A program made the position numbers and the translations under genes. Below the pieces are notes generated by a model. That model saw only the letters and a list, made by a program, of their open reading frames with translations. It did no database searches and had not been told where the DNA came from. Source: Nitrosopumilaceae archaeon (GTDB taxonomy: Archaea > Thermoproteota > Nitrososphaeria > Nitrososphaerales > Nitrosopumilaceae). From it: a stretch of 64,000 bases of DNA. This document shows, piece after piece, positions 1 to 9,747 of the stretch; position 1 is the first letter of the stretch; every line of letters begins with the position of its first letter. The stretch is taken from NCBI GenBank assembly GCA_965207375.1, contig OZ242274.1, positions 1,376,001 to 1,440,000 of the forward strand, read 5' to 3'.

Positions 1-369
1 TATTGAAATAAGGTGGCAAAAATGATTGAGGAAAACTCTCAGCTACTTTAGGGCGATAATCGTAAAGTCGGCAAAATGGCCCTAGATGATCAAGTCATGT
101 TCTATATCGACAGTTTTCAGAGAGAACTATCTACCGATAACTTACCAGTTCCCAAAACAGTATAATTTATCTATATGTGTAGTTTATTTCTTTTGTTGAT
201 GGGTGTTTGTGAATATAATGAATGTTATATGTCACTTGACAATTTCTTGTACTTTTATTATAAACATTATATCTGGGTAAAGATTTGTGACTGATATGTT
301 GATAAACATAAATTATTTAACAGTATTTGATTCAAGTAATCAAACCATAATCATAGGAGACGATATACA

Positions 370-648
370 ATGAGTGCAAAAGAGAGACTAGTTGATGCTA
401 CAATTCTTTTGCGTTGTGTTAATAACAAACACATTTGCAAGAACTTACGTGATGCATTATCTAATGTTGATGGTGTTACAGAAGCATTCTGTACTGGAGA
501 ACAGATAAGCGGAATTGAATTCTGTGTAGGTGGAACCATTGTTGCTACTTCGAGACGACTTGAACAAATTAAACGGGAAGTACACCAATTGAAAAACAAA
601 AACAAAATTATCGGAGTAGAAAAAACCGCAATGGTTATTGCGGTCTAA
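370..648 (+). CDS. Small hypothetical protein, possibly Lrp/AsnC ligand-binding-like fold
   Basis: 92-aa ORF; pattern ILLRC...LSNVDGVTEAF...IIGVEKTAMVIAV resembles a RAM/ferredoxin-like domain. Confidence 0.4.
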   Translation: MSAKERLVDATILLRCVNNKHICKNLRDALSNVDGVTEAFCTGEQISGIEFCVGGTIVATSRRLEQIKREVHQLKNKNKIIGVEKTAMVIAV

Positions 649-662
649 CCAATTACATTAAA

Positions 663-1568
663 TTGTCATTACCAAAATCTCTATCGGACATTTTAACATC
701 TCAATATTTGAAGAAATATGTTATAGAAAAAGATAACATCATTCTTGAAATCGATAAAAGTATTTACAATAAATCAGAAATTATTAAAAAAACAAAAATT
801 GTCCAAAGTAAAAATAAATTTAAAAAAGCAAAATATTATTGTTTTTTAGATATCGACAGTACTATAACAGACGAACATTCTGATTTACCAGATCCTAGAT
901 GTGAAGTAATTTTCAAAGAAATGAAAAGATTTGGTCATAAAATCTATCTTATTTCTGGCAGACCAAAGGATGAGGTTGCAACGGTAATTAAACAATGTAA
1001 AACACAGCAACATGCAATTGCGGAAAATGGTGGTTTGATAATCAAAAATAAAAAAATAATTGATGTTTTAGGTTCTAAAGATGTTTGTACTGCTGCATAT
1101 AAAAAAATTCGACAAAAATTACCTAAATCATACAAACAAAAAATTAAGCAAGTTAGAATCAATAACACTACAGAAATTATCCTGAATTTAGTATCTCAAA
1201 AGATTATAGATAAAATACAAAGTATTATAGATAATGAAAACTTGTGTGTTGAAATACAAACAAGCAAACGCTTTCTACATCTACATCAAATAGGCATAAA
1301 CAAAGGGTATGCATTAACATCATTTTTCTATAAACATGGTATAAAATACTCTAATACCATGGCCATAGGAGATAGTGCAATTGATCGTTCAATGTTAAAG
1401 AAAGTTAAATATGGTTATGTTGTACATAATGCTCCCAAATGGTTACAAAATAGTGTTTCACCGGCATTTGTTACAAAACGGGATAATTTTGAAGGTGTGG
1501 TAGAAGCTTTTTTGAACATTGAGCCTAGATTGAAGAAAATCATTGAATCAGAAAATATCTTCTGCTAA
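663..1568 (+). CDS. HAD-superfamily hydrolase (Cof/phosphoglycolate phosphatase-like) with N-terminal extension
   Basis: Motif I FLDIDSTIT, motif II ISGR, IAENGG, NKGYAL, AIGDSAIDRSM. Confidence 0.85.
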   Translation: MSLPKSLSDILTSQYLKKYVIEKDNIILEIDKSIYNKSEIIKKTKIVQSKNKFKKAKYYCFLDIDSTITDEHSDLPDPRCEVIFKEMKRFGHKIYLISGRPKDEVATVIKQCKTQQHAIAENGGLIIKNKKIIDVLGSKDVCTAAYKKIRQKLPKSYKQKIKQVRINNTTEIILNLVSQKIIDKIQSIIDNENLCVEIQTSKRFLHLHQIGINKGYALTSFFYKHGIKYSNTMAIGDSAIDRSMLKKVKYGYVVHNAPKWLQNSVSPAFVTKRDNFEGVVEAFLNIEPRLKKIIESENIFC

Positions 1569-1585
1569 ATTCTTTATTGTTACAG

Positions 1586-1686
1586 CAGATAAACGAAATG
1601 TGGGTAAAATAGGCCAAAATCTGACCCAAAATGCAAAGAGAACAACAGGCACAGGTTAAGAATTTGGACCACATTTAGATTAGCTG
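1586..1686 (+). mobile_element. MITE-like repeat family A, copy 1 (about 100 bp)
   Basis: Reverse-complement homolog of 25110-25210; ends CAGATAAACGAAATG ... TTAGCTG. Confidence 0.7.
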
Positions 1687-1687
1687 A

Positions 1688-1768
1688 TTGTTGGTCAAAG
1701 TCAATATGCAGATTTTCTCTGGATTGATGTCTGAATCATGATTCAAAAATTTAACCGTTTTTTGAAAA
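1688..1768 (+). repeat. Dispersed repeat family B, partial copy
   Basis: ttgttggtcaaagtcaatatgcagattttctctggattg...caaaaatttaacc matches 8660-8800 and the reverse complement of 11170-11311. Confidence 0.7.
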
Positions 1769-1819
1769 TATCCCAAAATACAAGACAAATTAAAAATAAC
1801 ACACACCAAAGTAAATGAC

Positions 1820-2032
1820 ATGGAAAAAGACAGATACAAGGTAATAACCGGTGGTAATTTCAAGCCTGGTTCCTTGAAACACAAGATCTTTGAAGCACAA
1901 AAACGAATGTATCTGTATAAATTTGCTGGTCATGATGTTGAAAAACTGATTGATCATTTGGAAAGAAACTATGGTAAAAATGACGATTACAAAACACTGC
2001 ACATAATGTTTCCTTCCGGTAAGGTTGAATAG
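1820..2032 (+). CDS. Hypothetical protein (70 aa, possibly a fragment)
   Basis: ATG-start ORF, no recognisable motif. Confidence 0.35.
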   Translation: MEKDRYKVITGGNFKPGSLKHKIFEAQKRMYLYKFAGHDVEKLIDHLERNYGKNDDYKTLHIMFPSGKVE

Positions 2033-2050
2033 GTAAATTTTTCCCCTAAA

Positions 2051-2095
2051 TTTGGGCATTTTGGGGCTTAAATACTAAACATAATGGTGGTACTA
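2051..2095 (+). promoter_or_regulatory. Element-type promoter (GGGC-TTAAATAC) of pilin gene
   Basis: tttgggcattttggggcttaaata-taaa matches 23598-23626 at 28 of 29 nt; TATA 28 nt before ATG 2096. Confidence 0.7.
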
Positions 2096-2683
2096 ATGAC
2101 ACATAGAAACAAATCTGTGGCCCTTTCAGCCATTCTTGGCATGGTCATAGGTCTTGGACTTACCGGCGCTGCTGGAGGTGGACTATACTATGTCTTCCAA
2201 GAGCAGTCAGACCTGTTTGCGACTTCAAGCAATGTTGAGATAAAAAATCTTAATGCAATAAAGCGTGGCGATGAACTAACCATAACTGCCAACCTGAAAA
2301 ATGTAGGATCGACATCAATTACTGACGTTCATCTGTCTGAATTGACTAGTGGTGATAAGTACAAGGTAGCATACACAGAAGGTTCTGCTCCTGCTTGTAT
2401 CTTTAAAGTCAACGGGGCCCTGTTTAATATAAGCGGCAACGTTACTACTAATGCTCCTAGAATAGAAATCGCAGATGGAATATCGGGTTGTACATCTCCT
2501 TCTGCATTTAGTGAAGCGGTTCCACTTCAAGGTGGGCAGACTAAAGCATTAAAGTTCACAATAACAAGTGCAGAAAACGACAACGTGCTCATCTCTGACA
2601 GACTGACCATACAACTTAGTTATAGTTCAGGTCAAGACACACTCCAATCTGACATCTACAACACCCGCGTTAGACCGGGTTAA
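2096..2683 (+). CDS. Archaeal type IV pilin-like protein
   Basis: Class III signal-like HRNKSVA|LSAILG followed by a hydrophobic helix and beta-rich domain; ORF track start is 2084. Confidence 0.7.
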   Translation: MTHRNKSVALSAILGMVIGLGLTGAAGGGLYYVFQEQSDLFATSSNVEIKNLNAIKRGDELTITANLKNVGSTSITDVHLSELTSGDKYKVAYTEGSAPACIFKVNGALFNISGNVTTNAPRIEIADGISGCTSPSAFSEAVPLQGGQTKALKFTITSAENDNVLISDRLTIQLSYSSGQDTLQSDIYNTRVRPG

Positions 2684-2905
2684 TCCAATTTTTTATCATG
2701 ACTTTTTTTGCAGTATCACTTGTTATTGCTCTGGTTCTAGTCAGTAGTATCTTTGGAAAACACAAGGTGGGCAGACTATGTTAGAAAAAGAGGTTGTAGA
2801 GATCCTTTTAGAAGACAAGGAAATATTATTAATTACAGGACCAAAATTCCACGGATTATTTTATCGTCCTCTACTACATTTACGTAAATCCAAAGGTGAC
2901 GAATC

Positions 2906-3277
2906 ATGAATGAGACAGAAAGAATTTCTGAATATGTCGATACGGGTGAGAAAATTATCATATCAACAAGGCAGAAAAGATGGGTGCCGGGCGGCTCACC
3001 TGTAACTCCAGACACTATCTTTGTCACAGACAAGAAAATCATTATAAGAAATCCAATGATGCTTGGTCTGCGGGAGACAGTCCAGTATTATAATATTCAA
3101 GACATCATAAATATTTCACACAGAAAGGGGTACTTTTCATCGGCACTACATGTAACAGCACCCGGAATGGGCACTGCTGCACAGAGACCTGAAAATCGTG
3201 ACGGTATAATTTCAGGCATTGATAGTGTAGATGCCATACGGATTGTTCAATTGGTACGGGAGAGACAAAATGAGTGA
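2906..3277 (+). CDS. PH-domain (bPH-like) protein
   Basis: GEKII...Q.R...IFVTDKKIII...HRKGYFSSAL pattern typical of prokaryotic PH domains. Confidence 0.7.
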   Translation: MNETERISEYVDTGEKIIISTRQKRWVPGGSPVTPDTIFVTDKKIIIRNPMMLGLRETVQYYNIQDIINISHRKGYFSSALHVTAPGMGTAAQRPENRDGIISGIDSVDAIRIVQLVRERQNE

Positions 3278-3605
3278 AACTTGTGGAAGATGTGGTGCTA
3301 GTACCTCCGTAAATAAGATAAAATCCATCGGAAGCTACAAGCATACACCAATAGTATTTTATGCCAATATCTGTGCTAAGTGTCTTGTTGATTTATCATC
3401 ACTAGATCTTAACATTGATAATTACTTTAACTTTGACCACACATTTGAAATAATAGAACAAGACATAAGCAACTATTCGGAAGAGGATATCGAAATTATT
3501 GCAAGGCATGTAGCACATCACAAAATGGAATATGAGTATCAACAGAAATTATTTTTGGGTTTCAAAGATACGCTATATGACTTGCTAGAAAAAATAGAGG
3601 AATAG
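3270..3605 (+). CDS. Hypothetical Zn-binding protein
   Basis: CGRC...CAKC; ATG 3270 overlaps upstream stop. Confidence 0.55.
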   Translation: MSETCGRCGASTSVNKIKSIGSYKHTPIVFYANICAKCLVDLSSLDLNIDNYFNFDHTFEIIEQDISNYSEEDIEIIARHVAHHKMEYEYQQKLFLGFKDTLYDLLEKIEE

Positions 3606-3636
3606 GTGATATCATGAGTGAATTGTGTGAAGGCTT

Positions 3637-3870
3637 TTGAAATCTGAATTTAAAATCCTTTGTAGTACACAAGAAGATTGTCCTGATGTAAAAAAAGTTC
3701 TATACAGTATGGGATTTACACATCTCAAAGATTTGAACAAATCTCCCGCATTTGATATATCTGCACGATTTGAATTAAAAGATGCATGGCAAAAAGAAGA
3801 GATCGCCGAAAAAATATTTGAAAAGTGTCAGGAAAAAGTTCAAAGCATTCAAATCAATCTAAAAAATTAG
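3637..3870 (+). CDS. Hypothetical protein
   Basis: 77-aa ORF in the same orientation as its neighbours. Confidence 0.5.
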   Translation: MKSEFKILCSTQEDCPDVKKVLYSMGFTHLKDLNKSPAFDISARFELKDAWQKEEIAEKIFEKCQEKVQSIQINLKN

Positions 3871-3977
3871 AAAGTCTTTTGAAATATTTGAAAAACACGA
3901 TCAACTGAATTTACAAGAATTTTATCTAACAAGTTGCGTGGGAAACTATATTTAGCAATTTTAAACAATTAGGTAAT

Positions 3978-4742
3978 ATGTTGAAAAACCCCATTAAACT
4001 AAACACCATACATTGTGGGGATGTACTTGATATACTGAAAACATTTCCATCTAATTCCATTGATTTAGTTGTTACTTCTCCTCCATACAATCTTAAAAAT
4101 TCAACTGGAAATGGCCTTAAATGTGGAAATGGTGGTAAATGGCCTCAAGCTGCATTAATTGAGGGGTATGACAAGTATGATGATGCAATGCCATATGACA
4201 AGTATGTGGAATGGCAACGAAAATGTCTCAAATCCTTGATGCGTGTAATTAGTGATAACGGTGCCATATTCTACAATCACAAATGGCGAGTACAAAAGGG
4301 AATAATACAAGACAGGCATGAAATAATAGAAGAGTTTCCTGTACGACAAATCATAATCTGGGAACGTAATGGGGGAATAAACTTCAACCCTGGCTATTTT
4401 CTGCCTACATATGAAGTCATATACCTCATAGCCAAGCCTGGTTTTAAGTTGAAAAAGGATGCATCCAAAATTGGAGATGTCTGGAAAATAGGACAGGAAC
4501 AAAAGAATTGGCATCCGGCACCGTTTCCGGTAGAATTGGCATCAAGATGTATAGGTTCTACTGGTGCAGATATAGTGCTGGATCCATTTATGGGTTCAGG
4601 CAGTACAGCGATAGCTGCAGAGCAGAATGGACGTAAATGGGTCGGAATTGACATTTCAAAAGAATACTGTACTAAAGCCAAGACTAGGATCAAAACTGCT
4701 AGAAAACATGAACGTTCTCAGGATATTACTGCTTGGCGATGA
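3978..4742 (+). CDS. Site-specific DNA methyltransferase, N4-C/N6-A beta class
   Basis: VTSPPYN catalytic motif precedes HPAPFP and VLDPFMGSGST SAM-binding motif. Confidence 0.93.
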   Translation: MLKNPIKLNTIHCGDVLDILKTFPSNSIDLVVTSPPYNLKNSTGNGLKCGNGGKWPQAALIEGYDKYDDAMPYDKYVEWQRKCLKSLMRVISDNGAIFYNHKWRVQKGIIQDRHEIIEEFPVRQIIIWERNGGINFNPGYFLPTYEVIYLIAKPGFKLKKDASKIGDVWKIGQEQKNWHPAPFPVELASRCIGSTGADIVLDPFMGSGSTAIAAEQNGRKWVGIDISKEYCTKAKTRIKTARKHERSQDITAWR

Positions 4743-5520
4743 TCATATTTACCAAGGAATCACTAAAGGAAAATCTATGTGATATTCATGATCGTGGATG
4801 GATAGTTAATACTCGTAGCAACAATGATGGTGGGGCGGGCAACATGTTGGAAGATTTGCTAGGTATTGAAGAAAACAAACTACCGCTTCCAAACGCCGGT
4901 GAATGGGAACTGAAAACTCAGAGGGCCAATACTACATCATTAGTTACCCTATTTCATTTAGAACCATCTCCAACTGCCTGCAAATTTATATCTAAAATAC
5001 TGCTTCCAAAATACGGTTGGCCACATAAGGAGGCTGGCAAGAAATACGGTTATGATGAAAAAAGTTTTCGGCAGACTATAACATCTGGACAATACACAGA
5101 TCGTGATTTCACAACCATGTCAACCATAAGCTAGAACGCGTGGAAGTGTCATTTGATCATGCATCTATAGATACATCCAGACATGATAGGTGGAAAAATA
5201 CTGTTCGGGATTTGGGAGAATTGAACCCTGTACCATATTGGGGATTTGATGATTTATTCCACAAGGCAGGTACCAAATTACACAAAACAATACACGTCAC
5301 AGCAGAACTGAAATGTGAAGGAGATGTTGCATACGTTAGATATGTTAAATTTACGATGTTGGAGGGATTTACACGTGAGTTGTGGATAAAAGCAATTGAG
5401 AAAGGTATGGTTTTAGTAGATTTTGATGCACGGACAGGACACAATCATGGGACAAAGTTTAGACTACGACAAAACGCATATCCAAAATTATTTTAATCAA
5501 TCAAAGACATTTCACGGTGA
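4739..5520 (+). pseudogene. MvaI/BcnI-family restriction endonuclease, frameshifted
   Basis: GGAGNMLEDLLGIEEN, WELKTQR, TLFHLEP, HNHGTKFR motifs split over two frames; shift near 5110-5120; possible premature TAA at 5494. Confidence 0.85.
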
Positions 5521-5611
5521 CAAATTTTGGAAAACTAGTCCCTAAAAAATTATGTATCTGTTAACATTGTTTTGAAAGTATGGTAATTTTAGGCACGAAA
5601 TTGCTTTGCTG

Positions 5612-5914
5612 TCAAAAGATAGAATAAAAAAATTCAGGCGTAACGTTAACACTTACAAAATGACATAATTTGAGAACAGTATGTCCGCAACTTTTTTTTT
5701 CCAATTCTTCTAGAGATGCATAAAGTCTACTATTCCATCCAAAAGAGCATTGGTTACAAAACCATTTGGTTGGAAATTCCGGTATACAGCAACCGCCCAT
5801 AATAATTCTCCCCTCCTCTAACTCTTTTTCTAGTTCCTCTGAGGGAATTGGGTAACCGTAGAGAATCCTTGCAACGGAATTGCTGCCACATTTGGGACAC
5901 TTTCGTCTGGCCAT
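5612..5914 (-). CDS. Small Zn-finger protein (CPKC...GGCC...CNQC), copy 1
   Basis: Near-identical to 8168-8392; likely start ATG 5914; C-terminus runs on past the paralog's stop. Confidence 0.7.
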   Translation of the reverse strand: MARRKCPKCGSNSVARILYGYPIPSEELEKELEEGRIIMGGCCIPEFPTKWFCNQCSFGWNSRLYASLEELEKKSCGHTVLKLCHFVSVNVTPEFFYSIF

Positions 5915-5964
5915 GTGTAGTTTCAATATTTTATAAAATATAATGTTTAAGAGAACAAAATACG
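5734..5964. repeat. About 230-bp direct repeat, left copy
   Basis: Matches 8212-8442 nearly exactly. Confidence 0.9.
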
Positions 5965-6048
5965 ACACATTGAAAGAATTTCAGGGGTGGACCGGAGAAT
6001 TTTATCAACACTTAATTCGGAATAATCATTTCATAAGATGGGGTAATA

Positions 6049-6741
6049 ATGCAGTGTGAAACAAGGTATCTGTCAATAAATACAGAAAGACTTTTGGGTC
6101 GTAAACTTAATGATATAGAGTTAAAGGCCGATCCAGGAACAGTTTTTGTAAAAGGTTCTTTAGAAATTCCACTACCGTCCCCAAAAGTATCAATCATTGG
6201 TTCTAGAAAAGCGTCCCCCGAAGGAATTGCAAATGCCCAAAAGATTGCAAAAACGTTGATTGAAAATCAAGTAATCATTGTTAGTGGACTTGCTGAAGGG
6301 ATAGATACTGCTGCACATGTCACAGCATTAAACATGAATGGAAAAACTATTGCGGTGATAGGCACCCCATTAGACAAAACATATCCGAAAATAAACTATA
6401 CACTTCAACAAGAATTGATGAAAAATCATCTTGTAGTTTCACAATTTCCGATAGGTTATCCAATCACCGGAAAAAATTTCGTAATACGAAACAGAACAAT
6501 GGCACTTATTTCTGATGCCTCAGTAATTGTAGAAGCTGGAGAAACAAGCGGTTCAAAACATCAAGGATGGGAAACACTTAGAATGGGAAGACCGTTATTC
6601 ATTTGGGAATCCGTTGTAAATAATAAAGAGTTAGATTGGCCCACAGAAATGATGGATCACGGTGCCGTAGAATTATCTAAACCATCAGACATACTTGAAG
6701 TACTACCAACACGTTTTAAAATAATTGATGTGTTTCAATAG
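6049..6741 (+). CDS. dprA: DprA/Smf-family protein (short form)
   Basis: SIIGSRKAS, IVSGLAEGIDTAAH, NFVIRNRTMA, VEAGETSGS motifs. Confidence 0.92.
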   Translation: MQCETRYLSINTERLLGRKLNDIELKADPGTVFVKGSLEIPLPSPKVSIIGSRKASPEGIANAQKIAKTLIENQVIIVSGLAEGIDTAAHVTALNMNGKTIAVIGTPLDKTYPKINYTLQQELMKNHLVVSQFPIGYPITGKNFVIRNRTMALISDASVIVEAGETSGSKHQGWETLRMGRPLFIWESVVNNKELDWPTEMMDHGAVELSKPSDILEVLPTRFKIIDVFQ

Positions 6742-7399
6742 CACTTTGAAAATTACTAGTCTTGATTGTGGTTCTCTTCTCACATATTCTCCGTATGGAA
6801 GTACAAAAGAAGAAACACGTTCAAAAACTTTCAAGGCAAAATTAAAGAGTGATGGATACTTGGAAGAAGAAAAAATTTTGATGACAGAGTACATAGCACG
6901 AGGAATTAAAAATAATTTGGAAAAACTCCCATTTGCTGATTTCTTTAAAAGAAATCCAATTTTAATTCCCACACCAAGTAGTTCTCTTACTAAAACCGAT
7001 ACACTTTGGGTTCCACAACGGTTAGCAATTGCTTTAGTAAATAATGGACTTGGAGAAAAAGTCAGTTCATGTCTTCAACGTACAAATCCTTTACGAAAAT
7101 CCCACACAAGTACCAGTGCTAACAGGCCTAAAGCTCAAGAACATTATAACACAATTGCAGTTCAAAAAGAACTTTCTGAACCCGATGAGATTTTATTGAT
7201 AGATGATTTTATAACTAGAGGAGCCACATTTATTGGAGCTGCAAATAAACTAAAAGATGCTTTCCCTGATTCCAATATTCGTGCATTTGCAGGAATTAAA
7301 ACAATTAGTAATCCAGAAAAATTTAAAAAAATTTTCGACCCTTGTATTGGAAAAATTACATTTGACGGTGAAGAGTCATATAATGATTGTAATGATTAG
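6725..7399 (+). CDS. Phosphoribosyltransferase (ComF-like/ShosT-like PRTase)
   Basis: LIPTPSS and ILLIDDFITRGATF PRPP-binding loop; overlaps dprA stop. Confidence 0.85.
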   Translation: MMCFNSTLKITSLDCGSLLTYSPYGSTKEETRSKTFKAKLKSDGYLEEEKILMTEYIARGIKNNLEKLPFADFFKRNPILIPTPSSSLTKTDTLWVPQRLAIALVNNGLGEKVSSCLQRTNPLRKSHTSTSANRPKAQEHYNTIAVQKELSEPDEILLIDDFITRGATFIGAANKLKDAFPDSNIRAFAGIKTISNPEKFKKIFDPCIGKITFDGEESYNDCND

Positions 7400-7540
7400 G
7401 AACTAGTAATTTTATGATATATGATCTGCATATCTATGATTCTATGCCTAATTTTTGAACATACCTGAAAAATTTACTAATAGAGTTTGTATGAACATCT
7501 TGCCATATACTTTTAATAATCTGTAGAATAATCTTGTATT

Positions 7541-7762
7541 ATGAGTTCTACAATACAGAAAAAAACATATGGAGTAATGATAACCCGCGACAAAACAGAC
7601 GGGGGATTTGTTGGTGTATGTGATGAGTTAAACGCGTTTTCACAAGGAGAAACATATGGAGAAATAATGGAAAACATCAAAGAGGCAGTAGAGCTTGCAG
7701 CAGAAGATGCTGGCAACACGGATGGTTTTAACATGTTAATCATCCAAAATGACAATGACTAA
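7541..7762 (+). CDS. hicB: HicB-family antitoxin
   Basis: GGFVGVCDELNAFSQGETYGEIMENIKEAVEL. Confidence 0.88.
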   Translation: MSSTIQKKTYGVMITRDKTDGGFVGVCDELNAFSQGETYGEIMENIKEAVELAAEDAGNTDGFNMLIIQNDND

Positions 7763-7991
7763 AATTCCTAGAATTTCTGGCAATGTTATGATAAAATATC
7801 TGATCAAACAAAATTTTACAATTGCAACTAGAAAAGGCAGTCATGTCACATTGAGGCGAGATTACATATCTGTGACTGTTCCTGCTAGAAACAGTAGATT
7901 AAAGATAGGATTGCTTTTAGGAGTGTTAAACAAGGTCGGTATTAACAAAGAGAAATTTATCGATGATTGGAATCATGGCATTGTAAAATAA
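7755..7991 (+). CDS. hicA: HicA-family toxin
   Basis: KIPRISG...RKGSHVTL...VTVP...GLLLGVL; coupled to hicB. Confidence 0.88.
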   Translation: MTKIPRISGNVMIKYLIKQNFTIATRKGSHVTLRRDYISVTVPARNSRLKIGLLLGVLNKVGINKEKFIDDWNHGIVK

Positions 7992-8167
7992 TTTTACAAA
8001 TTCATGAATTAATCAACACCTCATGTAATTCCTCAAAGATTTCACCATGTTCATCTCCAAATATCTCATAGAACTTTATCCGTCTGCCCTTTTGGTTAAA
8101 CGAAAACATCATCTAGTGTATAATGATTTTAAAATGATATGATTTGAAAACAATATACCTGTAAGAC

Positions 8168-8392
8168 TTATTTTTCCAATTCCTGTAGTATGGGTTTATC
8201 AAGTGTGCACCTCCATCCAAAAGAGCATTGGTTACAAAACCATTTGGTTGGAAATTCCGGTATACAGCAACCGCCCATAATAATTCTCCCCTCCTCTAAC
8301 TCTTTTTCTAGTTCCTCTGAGGGAATTGGGTAACCGTAGAGAATCCTTGCAACGGAATTGCTGCCACATTTGGGACACTTGCGTCTGGCCAT
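8168..8392 (-). CDS. Small Zn-finger protein, copy 2
   Basis: MARRKCPKCGS...GGCC...CNQC, duplicate of 5612-5914. Confidence 0.75.
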   Translation of the reverse strand: MARRKCPKCGSNSVARILYGYPIPSEELEKELEEGRIIMGGCCIPEFPTKWFCNQCSFGWRCTLDKPILQELEK

Positions 8393-8442
8393 GTGGATAG
8401 TTTCAATATTTTATAAAATATAATGCTTGAGAACAAAATACG
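8212..8442. repeat. About 230-bp direct repeat, right copy
   Basis: Matches 5734-5964. Confidence 0.9.
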
Positions 8443-8659
8443 GTACATGAAAGGTTTGTAATTGTCAGAACTGCCAACTTTACGGTAGTGATTTGTTCTT
8501 GCGTTCATACGTAAGATCTTTCAAAAATTAAAATAGAACCAAGTAGGAAGAAAGGTGATTGGCTCGGTACTCTAGGAAATGGAGCTAAAATCAACATCAT
8601 CTCTGCTTCCACAGATATGGTTGTCACGGCTTATTGTCAATCCTTTTACTTGATTCATA

Positions 8660-8800
8660 GTAGATTCTTCAGCATTAATTGTTGATAAAACACAATATGT
8701 AAATTTTCTCCGGATTGTCCGTGGCCTAAAATTTCTCCAATTGCAGCATAATTTGCTCTTATGGGTAAAAGAGTTCAAAAATTTAACCATTTTTTTTGAA
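8660..8800 (+). repeat. Dispersed repeat family B, full copy (about 140 bp)
   Basis: agattcttcagcattaattgttg...aaattttctccggattg...caaaaatttaaccatttttt; homologous to 9564, 11170-11311(-), 30232. Confidence 0.8.
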
Positions 8801-9290
8801 ATCGAGAGTTTCTTGTTTATCATTAAATGTTATTTGGTATTTGGTGAATAGTCCGCTGCGGCCAACTAGAATGTTTCTTTTAAGTTCAACTCCCGATGGA
8901 TCGCTTTCTGGAAATGCAACATCTACGGTGTCTATGCCAATGCGTTGGCCCTTGTATACTATTTCTAAATACATTTTTGATCTGTACGTAGTAAATTCAC
9001 CTCCGGCACCAACAGTGCTTTTTTTAGATGTCTCATCAATGTCAAGATGTAAAATATTTGCTATTGCCCTGGGAATAAAACATATGTCTGCCCCCGAATC
9101 TACCAACGCATGGGTTCTAAACTCAGGGTTTTTTCCCCACAACTGTATGTTCTGAGAATTTTCTGAATACCACCTCTATTCTGGGCCTTTTGACTAGAAC
9201 TGTTTTTCCGTCATCATGTTTGAGTCGATCTGCCCTGTATTTGAAGTGAAGTTTGGCTGCAAATCTACTGTCTCTTTGCATGTAAGACAT
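8783..9290 (-). pseudogene. Retropepsin-like aspartyl protease with a homopolymer frameshift
   Basis: ALVDSGAD and ILVGR motifs; upstream frame MSYMQRDSRFAAKLHFKY...RPRIEVVF from ATG 9290 shifts at GGGGAAAAAACCC (about 9126-9139). Confidence 0.8.
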
Positions 9291-9297
9291 TAACGTG

Positions 9298-9504
9298 TTA
9301 GAGAATTAAGGTTTCTTCTTGCTTTAGAGGCACTTGTTCAAACAGCGGGGTTCTTCCCTTAGATGCCTCTAAGGCATCTTTATAGACTTTTTCAACGTTT
9401 TCCCCTTTTGCGATAATTTTTGAATCTAAAACTGCAATCCATTTACCAGCATAATGCTCTCTGTCAGTTAAACTCAGTACAAATTCTGATTCCACACTAC
9501 TCAT
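9298..9504 (-). CDS. DUF5678-like small protein
   Basis: YAGKWIAVLDSKIIAKGENVEKV...LIL, the usual upstream partner of retropepsin genes. Confidence 0.75.
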   Translation of the reverse strand: MSSVESEFVLSLTDREHYAGKWIAVLDSKIIAKGENVEKVYKDALEASKGRTPLFEQVPLKQEETLIL

Positions 9505-9563
9505 ATCGCAATCTCTCCATATTACTATATCACCTTTTGTGATTTAAAGATGTATGCAGTCAT

Positions 9564-9635
9564 AGATTCTCCAGCGTTATCTGTTGGTAAAAGTCAATAT
9601 ACAAATTTTCTCCGAATTGCCCGTGCCTAGATTTC
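9564..9635 (+). repeat. Repeat family B, left inverted repeat flanking the SWIM-IS6 transposase
   Basis: gattctccagcgtta...ttctccgaattgcccgtgccta matches the reverse complement of 11240-11311. Confidence 0.8.
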
Positions 9636-9747
9636 TGCCTGTGTCCGCAGAACCATCACAAATTAGCAGAGCAATCACATACCAGCAAAACATAATCTTC
9701 TCCGAGTTGTCACTGTTTCATCACACATGTAACTTTGACATTAGAGT

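Noticed and set aside
8660-9635. Repeat B as integron attC sites
   Set aside because: No consistent RYYYAAC...GTTRRRY hairpin, mixed orientations, and no IntI in the window.
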